Shown: positions 9,627 through 19,436, counted from the stretch's first letter. The stretch is 64,000 nucleotides of DNA from a bacterium (GCA_031082185.1 JAVHLI010000001.1:313980-377979); one strand, 5' to 3'. Numbers and translations: made by a program. The notes: generated from the sequence alone by a model not told the origin.

Positions 9627-11116
9627 GCGGCCGCTCCCGTCCTTCCGTTGAACTCCTCGATCAGATGGTCCCAGGCTGGGATGATCGCCCGCATCTCCTG
9701 CCAGAACCGCTGATCCCGCCTGGCCTCGAACTCCTCGATCGAGATCCCCTGCTGTTCCACCCAGGTGAAGTAGCCCAGGTTGAAGATGCGGTCCCGGTCC
9801 ACGCGGGTCAACTCCAGCAGGTGGTCGTTGGTGACGCTGCCCAGGTGTCCGGCGAACGTCGCGCCGGCGGCGACCGCATCGAATCCGCCTGGGAAGTACT
9901 TCCGGAGGGATTTCTCCCGCTCGGTGGCGTACATCGCCGCGCCGTCGGTGGCGACGGTGACGACGACATCTTGTGGCCCCATCCCGAAGTGCTTCGCGGT
10001 CTTGATCGCCCCGAGCACGTTGCAGATGCTGGAGAGCCCCAGCGCCGGCAGCAGTTCAATCACCGCGGGCGGTACACCCTGCCGGCTCACGAGATACTCG
10101 CGGCCGGCAGGAGTGTTGAACAACACGTCGAGCCGATCGGTGCTCTGGTCCGAGACCGCCGCCACCAAGTCGGTGTTCGTCACGTTGTGGATCAGAGGGA
10201 TGTGCTTGTCACCTATGCCCTGGATGTTGTGCTCGCCGAAACCGTTGTACAGCATGGTTGGGCACTCAAGGGCCTCCATGGCCACAATCTTGGCGCCGTA
10301 CTGTTCCTTGAGGTAGTCACCGGCGCCCAGGGTGCCGGCCGAGCCGGAGGCGGAGACAAAGGCGCGCATCCGCAGGCCGGGCTCGGAGGCAGCCAGCGAC
10401 TCGAACAGATTCCCCAGCGCCTTTCCCGTGACCAGGTAATGCACCAGATGGTTTCCGAACTCGCAGAACTGGTTGAAGATGATGTTGGTCGGATCGCGCT
10501 CCAACTCCGCGCACTTGTCGTAGATCTCTTTGACGTTGCTCTCTGTGCCCGGCGTCCGGATGATGTCCGCGGGGTCGGCTATCCACCGCTCCAACCATGC
10601 GAACCGCTCCCGGCTCATCCCCTGCGGCAGCACGGCGATTCCCCGGCAGCCCATGATGCGCGAGATGGCCACGCCGCCGCGGGCATAGTTGCCGGTGGAC
10701 GGCCAGACAGCCCGATGGGCCGTCGGGTCGAACTGCCCGGTGATTATCCGCGGGGCTATGCACCCGTAGGCGGCCAGCACCTTGTGGGCGCGGATCATCG
10801 GGAAGCGGTCTCCGAGTGCGACCACGATGCGCGCTTCCACCCCGGTGAGCGCCTTGGGCAGCACCACGTGCTCGGGCGACGCCACCCGGTCGGTGCGGGT
10901 TGCACCGTTGAACCAGTGCACCCTAAAGAGGTTCAGCGGGTGTGGGGCATCCGGGTCCACGCCGGAGAGGGCCTCCCGGATCCGCGGCGGAATCCGGGCC
11001 GGGTCCGTCAGTTCTGCGAAGGTGGGCAGCACGATCCCGGCATCGCGGAAACGTCCCACCGCCCGCTCATAAACAGTCTTATCTACGAGCTCACGTTCGA
11101 GCCCAAGTCGCCTCAT
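9623..11116 (-). CDS. PLP-dependent fold-type II enzyme, cysteine synthase/Trp synthase beta-like
   Basis: AHKVLAAY (PLP Lys), [31 protein letters not shown]. Confidence 0.8.
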   Translation of the reverse strand: MRRLGLERELVDKTVYERAVGRFRDAGIVLPTFAELTDPARIPPRIREALSGVDPDAPHPLNLFRVHWFNGATRTDRVASPEHVVLPKALTGVEARIVVALGDRFPMIRAHKVLAAYGCIAPRIITGQFDPTAHRAVWPSTGNYARGGVAISRIMGCRGIAVLPQGMSRERFAWLERWIADPADIIRTPGTESNVKEIYDKCAELERDPTNIIFNQFCEFGNHLVHYLVTGKALGNLFESLAASEPGLRMRAFVSASGSAGTLGAGDYLKEQYGAKIVAMEALECPTMLYNGFGEHNIQGIGDKHIPLIHNVTNTDLVAAVSDQSTDRLDVLFNTPAGREYLVSRQGVPPAVIELLPALGLSSICNVLGAIKTAKHFGMGPQDVVVTVATDGAAMYATEREKSLRKYFPGGFDAVAAGATFAGHLGSVTNDHLLELTRVDRDRIFNLGYFTWVEQQGISIEEFEARRDQRFWQEMRAIIPAWDHLIEEFNGRTGAAA

Positions 11117-11164
11117 CTGTCTACCCCTCTTGCGCTAGGTTGGCCTATCCCTGCAGCGCCTATT

Positions 11165-12211
11165 CTACCTCACGGGAAGCATACGCTCCGCCTTGGGCGG
11201 GAGGAACTTGTCGGTGAAGACCTGCTGCCACCTGGGCTTGACCGGGAGCGCGAACGCTTCCGTCAGCAGATCAACGGACCGGCTCATGCGCTCGCCCTTG
11301 ATTGCGCCGAAGCCGTGGGATTGCACATCTTTGGTCAGGATGTTGTGCCGGAGCGCGAGCTGCAGGCGCTCAAGCTCTACGTCCTCGCGCAGCAGCGGGT
11401 CGCGCCGCTTGACGATGGCGACGGCCTCTGAGGGGTTGTTGATCGTGTCCTTCAACGCGCGCACAAACGCCCTGAGGAACCCGCGGACCGCCTCGGGCTC
11501 CTTCTCGAGCAGGGTCGCCGGCGCCATGATGGCGTTGCCGTAGAGGGGAAGGCCCTGGTCGTTGTACATGAACGCCACGATCTCGGCCGGATCTACCCGC
11601 GCGGCCTTCAGGTTGAGGAACGAGGTGAAGTAGAAGCCGGAGATGGCGTTGACGTCGCCCCTGACCAGCATCGGCTCACGTAGCGGCACGTCCATGGTGA
11701 TCCACTCGACCGAGGCCGGGTGCATGCCCACAGCCCGGGCGAAGAGCGGCCAGAGGCGGCGCGGCGCATCGCCGGCCGGCGCGCCCAGCTTCTTCCCGTA
11801 GAGCTCGATCGGCCGCGTGATGCCCTCGCGCCTCAGCGTGATGATCGAGAAGGGAGGCTCGTTCAACAGGACCGCTATGGCCACGAGCTCCCGGCCTGGG
11901 TTCCTGGCGTTGAACTCGATCATTGAGTTGATGTCGGCGTAGCCCAGGTTGTAGGCGCCGCCGGCGATCTTGGTCACCGCGTCGGCCGAGCCGAAGCCGC
12001 GGTCAACCGTGATGTTCAGGCCTTCCGCCGCATAGTAGCCCTTCTCCAGGGCGACCAGGAAGGGCGCCTGCGGTCCCTGTACGATGAAGTCCAGGGTGAA
12101 CTTCCACGTCGTCTGCTTACCTGGTCTGGCGGGCGGCTGGGCAAGGCCAAATCCGGCGGCCAGCACGACAACTGCCAGCACCGCCGCAAACACTGCCAAG
12201 AGGCTTCTCAC
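11165..12211 (-). CDS. ABC substrate-binding protein, NMT1/THI5 (SsuA/TauA) family
   Basis: Signal peptide, TLDF..QGPQAPFLVALEKGYY, RGFGS, LYGN, VFTDKFLP. Confidence 0.88.
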   Translation of the reverse strand: MRSLLAVFAAVLAVVVLAAGFGLAQPPARPGKQTTWKFTLDFIVQGPQAPFLVALEKGYYAAEGLNITVDRGFGSADAVTKIAGGAYNLGYADINSMIEFNARNPGRELVAIAVLLNEPPFSIITLRREGITRPIELYGKKLGAPAGDAPRRLWPLFARAVGMHPASVEWITMDVPLREPMLVRGDVNAISGFYFTSFLNLKAARVDPAEIVAFMYNDQGLPLYGNAIMAPATLLEKEPEAVRGFLRAFVRALKDTINNPSEAVAIVKRRDPLLREDVELERLQLALRHNILTKDVQSHGFGAIKGERMSRSVDLLTEAFALPVKPRWQQVFTDKFLPPKAERMLPVR

Positions 12212-12341
12212 TTCTGGTCCCTCCTTGAGATAGGACAGAGATTCTCCGGATGCTAGAGTATTATGGTTGGATTCCGGTGTAACCTAAAAGGTTCGCGATT
12301 GGCGAAGAAACCCCCTTCTCCGCACCCTACTCCCGGCTAGG

Positions 12342-13403
12342 CTACCTTGCGGGCAGCATGCGCTCAGACTTGGGAGGCAGGAACTTGTCCGAGAAGACGC
12401 GCTGCCAGGCGGGCTTGGTCGGGAGACTGAACGCCTCGGCCAGCAGGTCAATGGACCGGCTCAGGCGCTCGCCCTTGACGCCGCCGAAGCCGCCCGATCT
12501 GACGTCCTTGGTCAGGACGACGTGCTGGAGGGCCAGCACCAGGCGTTCCCGTTCCACGTCCTCGCTAATCATCGGGTCGCGGCGCTTGAGGGAGCTGATG
12601 GCCTCGGAGGGGTTTGCGACCGCATCCTTCCAGGCGCGCGTTATCGCCCTGACGAAACCTCGCAGAGCTTCGGGCTCGTCCTTCAGGAGGGAAGGCGGCG
12701 CGATGATGGCGTTCCCGTAGAGCGGCAGGCCGTACTCGTTGTATGGGAAGATCACGATGTCCGCGGGATCCACCCTGGCAGTCTTGAGCGTGATGAAGGC
12801 GTTGAACGAGAAGGCGGCAACCGCGCTGACCTCACCCCGCAACAGCATCGGCTCCCGCAGCGGCGGGGACATCGTCACCCACTCCACGGAGGCCGGGTGC
12901 ATGCCGACCGCTTTGGCGAACAGCGGCCAGAGCACGCGCGGAGCAGAGCCGGCCGGCGCACCCAGCTTCTTCCCGTAGAGGTCGATCGGCCGGGTGATGC
13001 CCTCCTTCCGCAGCGTAACGATGCTGGAAGGCAACGCGTCGAAGGGCACGGCAACGGCGATCAGGTCCCTGCCGGGATTCCTGGCGTTGAACTCGATCAT
13101 GGTGTTGATGTCGGCGAATCCCAGGTTGTAGGCGCCGGCCGCGACCTTGGACACGGCGTCGGCAGAGCCGAACCCGCGGTCAATGGTGAGGGAGATACCT
13201 TCCGCGGCGTAGTAGCCCTTCTCTAGCGCCAGCAGGAAGGGCGCGTACGACCCGTCAAAGACCCAGTCAATCGTGAACTTCCACTGCACCGTTCGGCCGG
13301 GCTTGGCCGGCGTCTGGGCGAGTCCAGATCCGGTGGCGGCTGCGGTGATGATCAGCGCGACGACGATCATCGCGGCGACGGTCAGCGAGAGCAGGCGTTT
13401 CAT
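12342..13403 (-). CDS. ABC substrate-binding protein, NMT1/THI5 family (paralog of the adjacent gene)
   Basis: ATG 13403 follows an AGGAGG RBS; long segments near-identical to 11165..12211 (ALEKGYYAAEG, DRGFGSADAV, MIEFNARNPGR, EGITRPI). Confidence 0.88.
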   Translation of the reverse strand: MKRLLSLTVAAMIVVALIITAAATGSGLAQTPAKPGRTVQWKFTIDWVFDGSYAPFLLALEKGYYAAEGISLTIDRGFGSADAVSKVAAGAYNLGFADINTMIEFNARNPGRDLIAVAVPFDALPSSIVTLRKEGITRPIDLYGKKLGAPAGSAPRVLWPLFAKAVGMHPASVEWVTMSPPLREPMLLRGEVSAVAAFSFNAFITLKTARVDPADIVIFPYNEYGLPLYGNAIIAPPSLLKDEPEALRGFVRAITRAWKDAVANPSEAISSLKRRDPMISEDVERERLVLALQHVVLTKDVRSGGFGGVKGERLSRSIDLLAEAFSLPTKPAWQRVFSDKFLPPKSERMLPAR

Positions 13404-13592
13404 GGGTGGTCCTCCTCTTGGGATTCTTGTTGCGAATGATTCGAGGCCGCCCTGTCGCTCCCTTTCCCGGGGCGGTAGGCAGAGGAAGGCGCTCGGCTGC
13501 ACCCTTTTGGCACTCTTGGGCGTCGCCTGGGGTACAATCGTGACGTTACCGTTCTTCTGAGGATCGCGCTCTTGGGCAGCGGGGAGGACAGC

Positions 13593-14039
13593 ATGAGCAG
13601 GCAGGTATCTGCTGGCAGAAAGACCGCCTACTACCTGGGCGTCGTTGTCATGATCATCGGCGGCCTCATGTTCGCATCCGTGTTTGTCACGCTTGCGATG
13701 CTTGCCGGGAGAGACTCAGATCCAGAAACGGTGATCGGGTCCTTCCTGATTCGCGCCTTCGGGGGACTGGCGCTCGTGGCCGTTGGTGGCGCAATCAGGG
13801 CAGTTGGAGCCCGTGGCCTGGCCGGTTCTGGCGTGGTTCTGGATCCGGAACGGGCACGGCAGGAACTCGAACCCTACGCTCGAATGGCAGGCGGCATGGT
13901 CAAAGATGCATTGGATGAGGCCCAGATCAAGGCCGGAACAGGCGGGCCGCAGAGAATCGTTATGGTCAGATGTCCCTCCTGCCGAAAGCTGAACGAAGAG
14001 GACTCTAAGTTCTGCCAAGAATGCGGGAAGGGCCTCTGA
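13593..14039 (+). CDS. Membrane protein with a C-terminal zinc ribbon
   Basis: GGAGG RBS before ATG 13593; two hydrophobic segments; C-terminal CPSC...FCQECG. Confidence 0.75.
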   Translation: MSRQVSAGRKTAYYLGVVVMIIGGLMFASVFVTLAMLAGRDSDPETVIGSFLIRAFGGLALVAVGGAIRAVGARGLAGSGVVLDPERARQELEPYARMAGGMVKDALDEAQIKAGTGGPQRIVMVRCPSCRKLNEEDSKFCQECGKGL

Positions 14040-14521
14040 TCAACTCCTTTGTGCAGGGGGTTGCTTCGTCTCGGCTGGGAGCCTGGTTCCTTTCTCGCAC
14101 CCTGCACCATCTCGACCGCCTCGTTCTCAGGGTGACCGGGGGCCGCACGACCATGACCGGCCTCTTGACAGGTCTGCCGGTCGTCGTCTTGACAGCCACC
14201 GGCGCCAGGAGCGGGCTGCCGCGCACGCTTCCTCTGCTGTGCGTTCGCGACGAGCTTACCCCGAATGCTTTCGCCCTCGTCGCCTCGAACTGGGGAGGGC
14301 GACACAACCCGGCCTGGTACTCTAACCTGAAGGCGAACCCCCGCGCGGTGGTTTCCGTGGGCGGTCAGGTTGGGGAGTACGTCGCACGCGAAGCAAGCGG
14401 AGGGGAGTACGAGAGGCTCTGGCGGCTGGCAGAGGACACCTATGCGGGCTTCCGGCTGTACAAGGCGCGCGCTTGTGGGAGGCGCATCCCGATAGTGATC
14501 ATGACGGTGAGCACCGCGTGA
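14021..14521 (+). CDS. Deazaflavin (F420)-dependent nitroreductase family protein (Ddn-like)
   Basis: LTATGARSGLPRTLPL, VASNWGGRHNPAWYSNLKANP, RRIPIV. Confidence 0.85.
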   Translation: MREGPLINSFVQGVASSRLGAWFLSRTLHHLDRLVLRVTGGRTTMTGLLTGLPVVVLTATGARSGLPRTLPLLCVRDELTPNAFALVASNWGGRHNPAWYSNLKANPRAVVSVGGQVGEYVAREASGGEYERLWRLAEDTYAGFRLYKARACGRRIPIVIMTVSTA

Positions 14522-15492
14522 GGCGGCTGCGCGTCGGCGTGCTCATGGGCGGCCCGTCGCCGGAGCGCGAGATATCGCTCTCCACCGGCCGCCACGTCGC
14601 GGCTGCGCTCGATCCCACACGCTACGATGTGGTACCGTTGGAGGCGCCGGCCGCAGGCGCGTGGTTCCCTCCCACGGACATGGACGTGGCGTTTGTCGCC
14701 ATGCACGGTCCTTTCGGAGAGGACGGAACGGTTCAGGGCATGCTGGAGTTCGCCGGCATTCCCTACACGGGCTCCGGCGTCCTGGCCAGCGCCCTGGCCA
14801 TGGACAAGCGACGGTCGCGCCAGCTTATGGCGTTCAACGGCGTGCCGGTGCCCGGCTACTTGGTAGTGGACCGCGCCTTGCTCGCGGCCAGAGGCTCCTC
14901 GCTGGTGGAGGAGGTGCGGCAGACGTTGGGCTTCCCCTGCGTGGTCAAGCCTAATGCCCTGGGCAGCAGCATCGGGGTAAGCTTGGTTCGCCAGCCGGAG
15001 GGCCTGGCGGATGCGCTGGCGGCAGCACTGGCCCTGGATCAGACGGCTCTCGTGGAAGAGTACCTGACGGGCACCGAGCTGACCTGCGCTATCCTCGACG
15101 ATCCCGAGCGCGGCGCGCCGGTGGCGCTGCCCCTGGTGGAGATCGTGCCCAAGCGGGAGTTCTTCACCTTCGAAGCCAAGTATACTCCGGGCGCGGCCGA
15201 CGAAATCTGCCCGGCGCGCCTGCCCGCTGCGGCGGTCTGGCGGGCGCAGGCGGCCGCGCTGCGCGCCTACCGCGTGCTGGGTTGCAGGGACTTCGCGCGC
15301 GTGGACCTCTTCGTCCGCGAGGCGGACGTCGCGGTGCTCGAGGTGAATACGATTCCCGGCCTGACCGAGCGGAGTCTCTTTCCGAAGGCCGCGCTGGCCG
15401 CGGGGCTGGAGTTCCCGGCCCAGGTGGAGCGCCTTATCGCGGCCGCGCTACGCCGTGCCCGGAGGCCATCCCAGGAGGTGCAAGAAGGATGA
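14518..15492 (+). CDS. ddl: D-alanine--D-alanine ligase
   Basis: GGPSPEREISL, HGPFGEDG, AMDK, KPNALGSSIG, EAKY, EVNTIPG; GTG start overlaps the upstream stop. Confidence 0.9.
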   Translation: MRRLRVGVLMGGPSPEREISLSTGRHVAAALDPTRYDVVPLEAPAAGAWFPPTDMDVAFVAMHGPFGEDGTVQGMLEFAGIPYTGSGVLASALAMDKRRSRQLMAFNGVPVPGYLVVDRALLAARGSSLVEEVRQTLGFPCVVKPNALGSSIGVSLVRQPEGLADALAAALALDQTALVEEYLTGTELTCAILDDPERGAPVALPLVEIVPKREFFTFEAKYTPGAADEICPARLPAAAVWRAQAAALRAYRVLGCRDFARVDLFVREADVAVLEVNTIPGLTERSLFPKAALAAGLEFPAQVERLIAAALRRARRPSQEVQEG

Positions 15493-16370
15493 CGCCCCCC
15501 CCAGGGCAGAACTGGATAGTGAAGTCCCACGCGCTGGGCAACGACTACCTGGTGCTCGACCCCTCCGCGCTCACCTTCGAGCTGACCTCCCGGGCGATAC
15601 AGCGCATCTGCGACCGGCACCTGGGTGTCGGTTCCGATGGGATCCTGGCGCTCGTTCCGACTTCGCGCGCGGATTTCGGCCTGCGCATCTACAACCCCGA
15701 CGGCAGCGAGGCCGAGAAGAGCGGCAACGGCCTGCGCATCTTCGCCAAGTTCCTCTTCGACCACGGGTACACCGATCGGACGGCCTTCACCGTGGACACG
15801 CCCGGCGGGATCGCAGGCATGACGCTTCACCTGGCTGGCGGTCGTATCGAGCAGATGACGGTGGACGTGGGGCGCGCGACCTTTCAAAGCACCGAGATCC
15901 CGGCCACGGGACCGCCCCGCGAGATGGTGGACGAGATCATCGAAGTTGGCGACCAGCGGCTGGAGATCACGGCGGTTTCGGTCGGCAACCCGCACTGCGT
16001 CGTCTTCGTGCCGGACCTGGATCTGATTGACCTGCACCGGCTCGGGCCGCTCCTGGAGACCCATCCTCTCTTTCCCAAACGCACGAACGTGCAGTTCGCG
16101 CAGGTGGTTGCGCGCGACCGGGTGCAGATCCTCATCTGGGAGCGCGGCGTCGGCGAGACGATGGCTTCGGGTACCAGCGCCAGCGCCGTCGCGGCCGCCT
16201 CGGTGCGCGAGGACATGACCGACCGCGAGATCACAGTCTCGGCCCCCGGAGGAGACCTGCGCGTAGTCGTGGGCGAAGACTGGAGCATTCGGGTGACCGG
16301 CCCGGCGTCCGAGGTCTACTCGGGGACGCTCAGCGCCGATCTCGTGGCAGCGATTGGAGGGTTCTCATGA
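15489..16370 (+). CDS. dapF: Diaminopimelate epimerase-family protein with both catalytic Cys replaced by Ser
   Basis: KSHALGNDY, GVGSDG, NPDGSEAEKSGNG, GNPHCV, TNVQF, WERGVGETMASGT. Confidence 0.85.
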   Translation: MTPPPGQNWIVKSHALGNDYLVLDPSALTFELTSRAIQRICDRHLGVGSDGILALVPTSRADFGLRIYNPDGSEAEKSGNGLRIFAKFLFDHGYTDRTAFTVDTPGGIAGMTLHLAGGRIEQMTVDVGRATFQSTEIPATGPPREMVDEIIEVGDQRLEITAVSVGNPHCVVFVPDLDLIDLHRLGPLLETHPLFPKRTNVQFAQVVARDRVQILIWERGVGETMASGTSASAVAAASVREDMTDREITVSAPGGDLRVVVGEDWSIRVTGPASEVYSGTLSADLVAAIGGFS

Positions 16371-17644
16371 GCCGCAAGATCCTCTATGTGATCCTGGATG
16401 GTGTCGGCGACCGGCCGATCCCCTCGCTTGGAGGCCGCACGCCCTTGGAGGCCGCGCATACCCCGCACCTTGACCGCCTGGCCGCCTCCGGCGAGCAGGG
16501 TCTGGTTACCACTGTCGGGGAAGGGATCGCGCCCGAATCTGACGTGGCCGTGGTCGCCATCCTCGGGTACGATCCGATGGTCTATCACGTCGGCCGGGGC
16601 CCGCTGGAGGCGCTGGGCGCCGGGCTGGACTTCGGCGGGGGCGACTTGGCGCTGCGCGGCAACTTCGCCACCGGCGGGGAGGGCGCCCTGATCGTTGACC
16701 GGCGCGTAGGCCGCAACCTTTCCTCACAAGAGGCGCACGTGCTGGCCGAAGCGGTCACCGCGCAGATCGATCTAGAGAGCGCGCCCGCCAGGGTAGTCGT
16801 GGCCGCGACGATCGGCCACCGCTGCGCGGTGGTTTTTCATCCCACAGAGGGACGCCTGAGCGCCCAGATCTCGAACACCGATCCGGCCTATGCGCGCATC
16901 GGCGGCATGGGCGTCGCCCGCGCCACGTTCGGGAACCAGGTCGAGGAGTGCGTGCCGCTCGATGGATCGACCGAGGCGCGCGCGGCTGCGGCGCTGGTGA
17001 ACGAGTTCACCCGGAAGAGCCGCAAGATCATGGATGCGCACCCACTCAACGCCCGGCGGCGGGCCGCGGGAAAGCTGGCCGGCAACCTGATCCTGCTGCG
17101 CGACGGCGGCGACCATCTGCCGCAGGTTCCCTCGATACACGAGCGTTTTGGCGTACGGCTGGGGTGCTTCGTGGAGATGCCGGTCGAGCGTGGGATCGCG
17201 CGCTACCTTGGGATGGGCGTGGTTGAGATACCTCACGGCACCTCCGGCAGCCGCGCCGAGGCCTACCAGACATGGGCGCGCCGCGCGCTGGAAGTGCTAC
17301 CCCAGTACGACGGTCTCTACATGCACCTGAAGGGGCCGGATGAGCCCGGGCACGACGGGGATTTCACGGCCAAGCAGCAGGTCATCGAGGAGATTGACGC
17401 GCACTTCTTCGGCAATCTGCTACCGGCGCTCGATCCCTCCGCGGCCATCGTCGCCGTGACCGCGGACCACGCGACCCCCTGCGAGGTGCGCGGTCACTCG
17501 CCCGACCCGGTGCCCCTTCTGATAGGCGGCGGGAGCACGGTGCCCGACGGCGCCGGCCGATTCACCGAGGCCGCCGCGGCCAAAGGAGCGCTGGGGCACC
17601 TGCGCGGCATCGAGATCCTGCCGCTGCTGGTGGGGCGGAGGTAG
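16367..17644 (+). CDS. apgM: Archaeal-type cofactor-independent phosphoglycerate mutase (alkaline phosphatase superfamily)
   Basis: LDGVGDRP, TPLEAA, PESDVA, GRGPLEA, DEPGHDG, TADHATP, HSPDPVP. Confidence 0.85.
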   Translation: MSRKILYVILDGVGDRPIPSLGGRTPLEAAHTPHLDRLAASGEQGLVTTVGEGIAPESDVAVVAILGYDPMVYHVGRGPLEALGAGLDFGGGDLALRGNFATGGEGALIVDRRVGRNLSSQEAHVLAEAVTAQIDLESAPARVVVAATIGHRCAVVFHPTEGRLSAQISNTDPAYARIGGMGVARATFGNQVEECVPLDGSTEARAAAALVNEFTRKSRKIMDAHPLNARRRAAGKLAGNLILLRDGGDHLPQVPSIHERFGVRLGCFVEMPVERGIARYLGMGVVEIPHGTSGSRAEAYQTWARRALEVLPQYDGLYMHLKGPDEPGHDGDFTAKQQVIEEIDAHFFGNLLPALDPSAAIVAVTADHATPCEVRGHSPDPVPLLIGGGSTVPDGAGRFTEAAAAKGALGHLRGIEILPLLVGRR

Positions 17645-17690
17645 GAGGCCCATCGCTACGGATCGCCGCTGTGAATCGCCGGGGTAGACA

Positions 17691-18929
17691 GTGAAGGAGC
17701 GCGCCCAGCCCGACCTTTGGCTGCCGGGGATCTGCGCCTCGCGCTTCTTCATGAACATGATCCACATGACTTATGCCGCATGCCTGCCCGTGCTCAGGGC
17801 GTCGTGGGGCATGTCCGCGGCCCAGGCAGGTTCGGTGGCCACCGGTTTCCAGGTCGGCTACGCGATCTCCCTGCTGGGCTTCTCTTGGCTGGCCGATCGG
17901 GTCGGCGCCCGGCGCATCTTCCTGATTTCCGGCGCCATGAGCACGATTGCCGCGCTGGGGTTTGCGCTCTTTGCGCGGTCGTACGCTTCCGGGCTGGCGC
18001 TGTTCACGCTGACCGCGCTCGCACAGGGAGGCACGTACACCACGGCCATCATGCTTATCTCCGACCGCTACCGTTCGCAGCACCGCGGCGCGGCCCTGGG
18101 CTGGCTGATCGCTGCCTCTTCGCTGAGCCACGCGGCGTCGCTGCTGGTCACGGGTGCCGTGCTGCCTCGGGGCGGCTATCAGGCGGCGTTCCTGGTGACC
18201 GCCGCCGGCCCACTTGCAGGGATGCTCGTCGGATGGTTCGCCCTGCGGGGGACGGCCAACGTGATCCATCCTGGCGAGGAGGGGTCCGGTGCCGGGGTCG
18301 AACTGCTGCGCAACCCGCATGCAACGCGCCTGATCGTCAGCTACACGGGCCATTCGTGGGAACTGCTGGGCATGTGGGCGTGGGCGCCGGCGTTTGTGGC
18401 CGCCAGCCTGGCCGTATCCGGGGCGATGACGCTACGGGCCGCCGAGCTCGGCGCCTACCTTTCGGCTTCCTTCCACCTCATGGGTTGGGTGGCGTCATCG
18501 TCTATGGGGTACCTTTCGGACAAGCTCGGGCGCCGCACGGTTATTCTCGCCCTGGCCGCGACTAGCGCCGCATGCTCGTTCAGTTTCGGGTGGCTGGTGG
18601 GAGGGCCGCTCTTGATCATCGCCGTCGTGGGCGCGGTCTACGGCTTCACGGCGCTGGGCGACTCGCCGGTGCTCTCGGTCGCCCTGACGGAGGCGGTGCG
18701 CCCTGCCTATCTCGGTTCGGCCCTGGCCATCCGGTCGCTCGTGGGATTCGGCGCTGGTGCGGTATCGCCGGTCGTCTTCGGCCTGGTACTGGACGCGACC
18801 AATCCCGCAGGGGCGCCCGCATCCGGCTGGGGATGGGCTTTTGCCGTGCTGGGCATCGGAGGGCTGGCTGCGGTGCTGTCCGCCTGGGGCCTGCCGCGCA
18901 CGCGGCGGGTATCCTTCCGGGAGGTGTGA
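17691..18929 (+). CDS. MFS transporter
   Basis: About 12 hydrophobic segments; LADRVGAR and LSDKLGRR loop motifs; GHSWEL, GDSPVLS. Confidence 0.9.
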   Translation: MKERAQPDLWLPGICASRFFMNMIHMTYAACLPVLRASWGMSAAQAGSVATGFQVGYAISLLGFSWLADRVGARRIFLISGAMSTIAALGFALFARSYASGLALFTLTALAQGGTYTTAIMLISDRYRSQHRGAALGWLIAASSLSHAASLLVTGAVLPRGGYQAAFLVTAAGPLAGMLVGWFALRGTANVIHPGEEGSGAGVELLRNPHATRLIVSYTGHSWELLGMWAWAPAFVAASLAVSGAMTLRAAELGAYLSASFHLMGWVASSSMGYLSDKLGRRTVILALAATSAACSFSFGWLVGGPLLIIAVVGAVYGFTALGDSPVLSVALTEAVRPAYLGSALAIRSLVGFGAGAVSPVVFGLVLDATNPAGAPASGWGWAFAVLGIGGLAAVLSAWGLPRTRRVSFREV

Positions 18930-18934
18930 TCTGC

Positions 18935-19429
18935 GTGGACCACCCTGAGATCACCAACAGATGGCCGGGCCACTGCTTCGGCTGCTCGCCGTCCAACCCG
19001 CGCGGGCTGCGCCTTCGCTTCTGGCGCTCGGAGCAGGGCTGCTATACCAAGTACGCCGTCCCCGAGCACCTTTGCGGCTTCGACAGGGTTGCCCACGGAG
19101 GGATCATCGCGACGCTCTTGGATGAAGTGTCGGCCTGGACCGTCATAGCGTGTCTGGGCCGGCTGGGGGTCACCCGCGAGATCTCGATCCGCTACCTCAG
19201 GCCCGTGCCGACAGGCACCGAGGTGTACGTCAGGGGGCAGGTCGTCAGCCACGATGATAGGATCGCGGTGGTGAGCGCGTCCATCACTCTTCCCGGGCGC
19301 TCGGAACACGAGGTGCTCGTTGACAGCACGAGCACGTGGGCGCTGCCAAAACTCTCTAGCATCGCCAGGATGGCAGGGCTGGATGAGCAGGCCCTGCGGG
19401 AGTACCTGGAAGCCATGGGGCAGAGCTAG
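18935..19429 (+). CDS. PaaI-family (hotdog-fold) thioesterase
   Basis: CFGCSPSNPRGL, HGGIIATLLDE, YLRPVP; GGAGG RBS before GTG 18935. Confidence 0.85.
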   Translation: MDHPEITNRWPGHCFGCSPSNPRGLRLRFWRSEQGCYTKYAVPEHLCGFDRVAHGGIIATLLDEVSAWTVIACLGRLGVTREISIRYLRPVPTGTEVYVRGQVVSHDDRIAVVSASITLPGRSEHEVLVDSTSTWALPKLSSIARMAGLDEQALREYLEAMGQS

Positions 19430-19436
19430 GCGAGAG

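Noticed and set aside
9593..11431. Long plus-strand ORF (612 aa) and similar antisense ORFs such as 27189..28859, 36060..37403, 46955..47914 and 4026..5354
   Set aside because: Shadow ORFs opposite well-supported genes, expected in high-GC DNA; no recognisable motifs.
13404..13592. Possible purine/xanthine riboswitch upstream of the NMT1 binding proteins
   Set aside because: GC-rich stems are possible, but I could not match the consensus of the purine or NMT1/xanthine riboswitches; a covariance-model search is needed.
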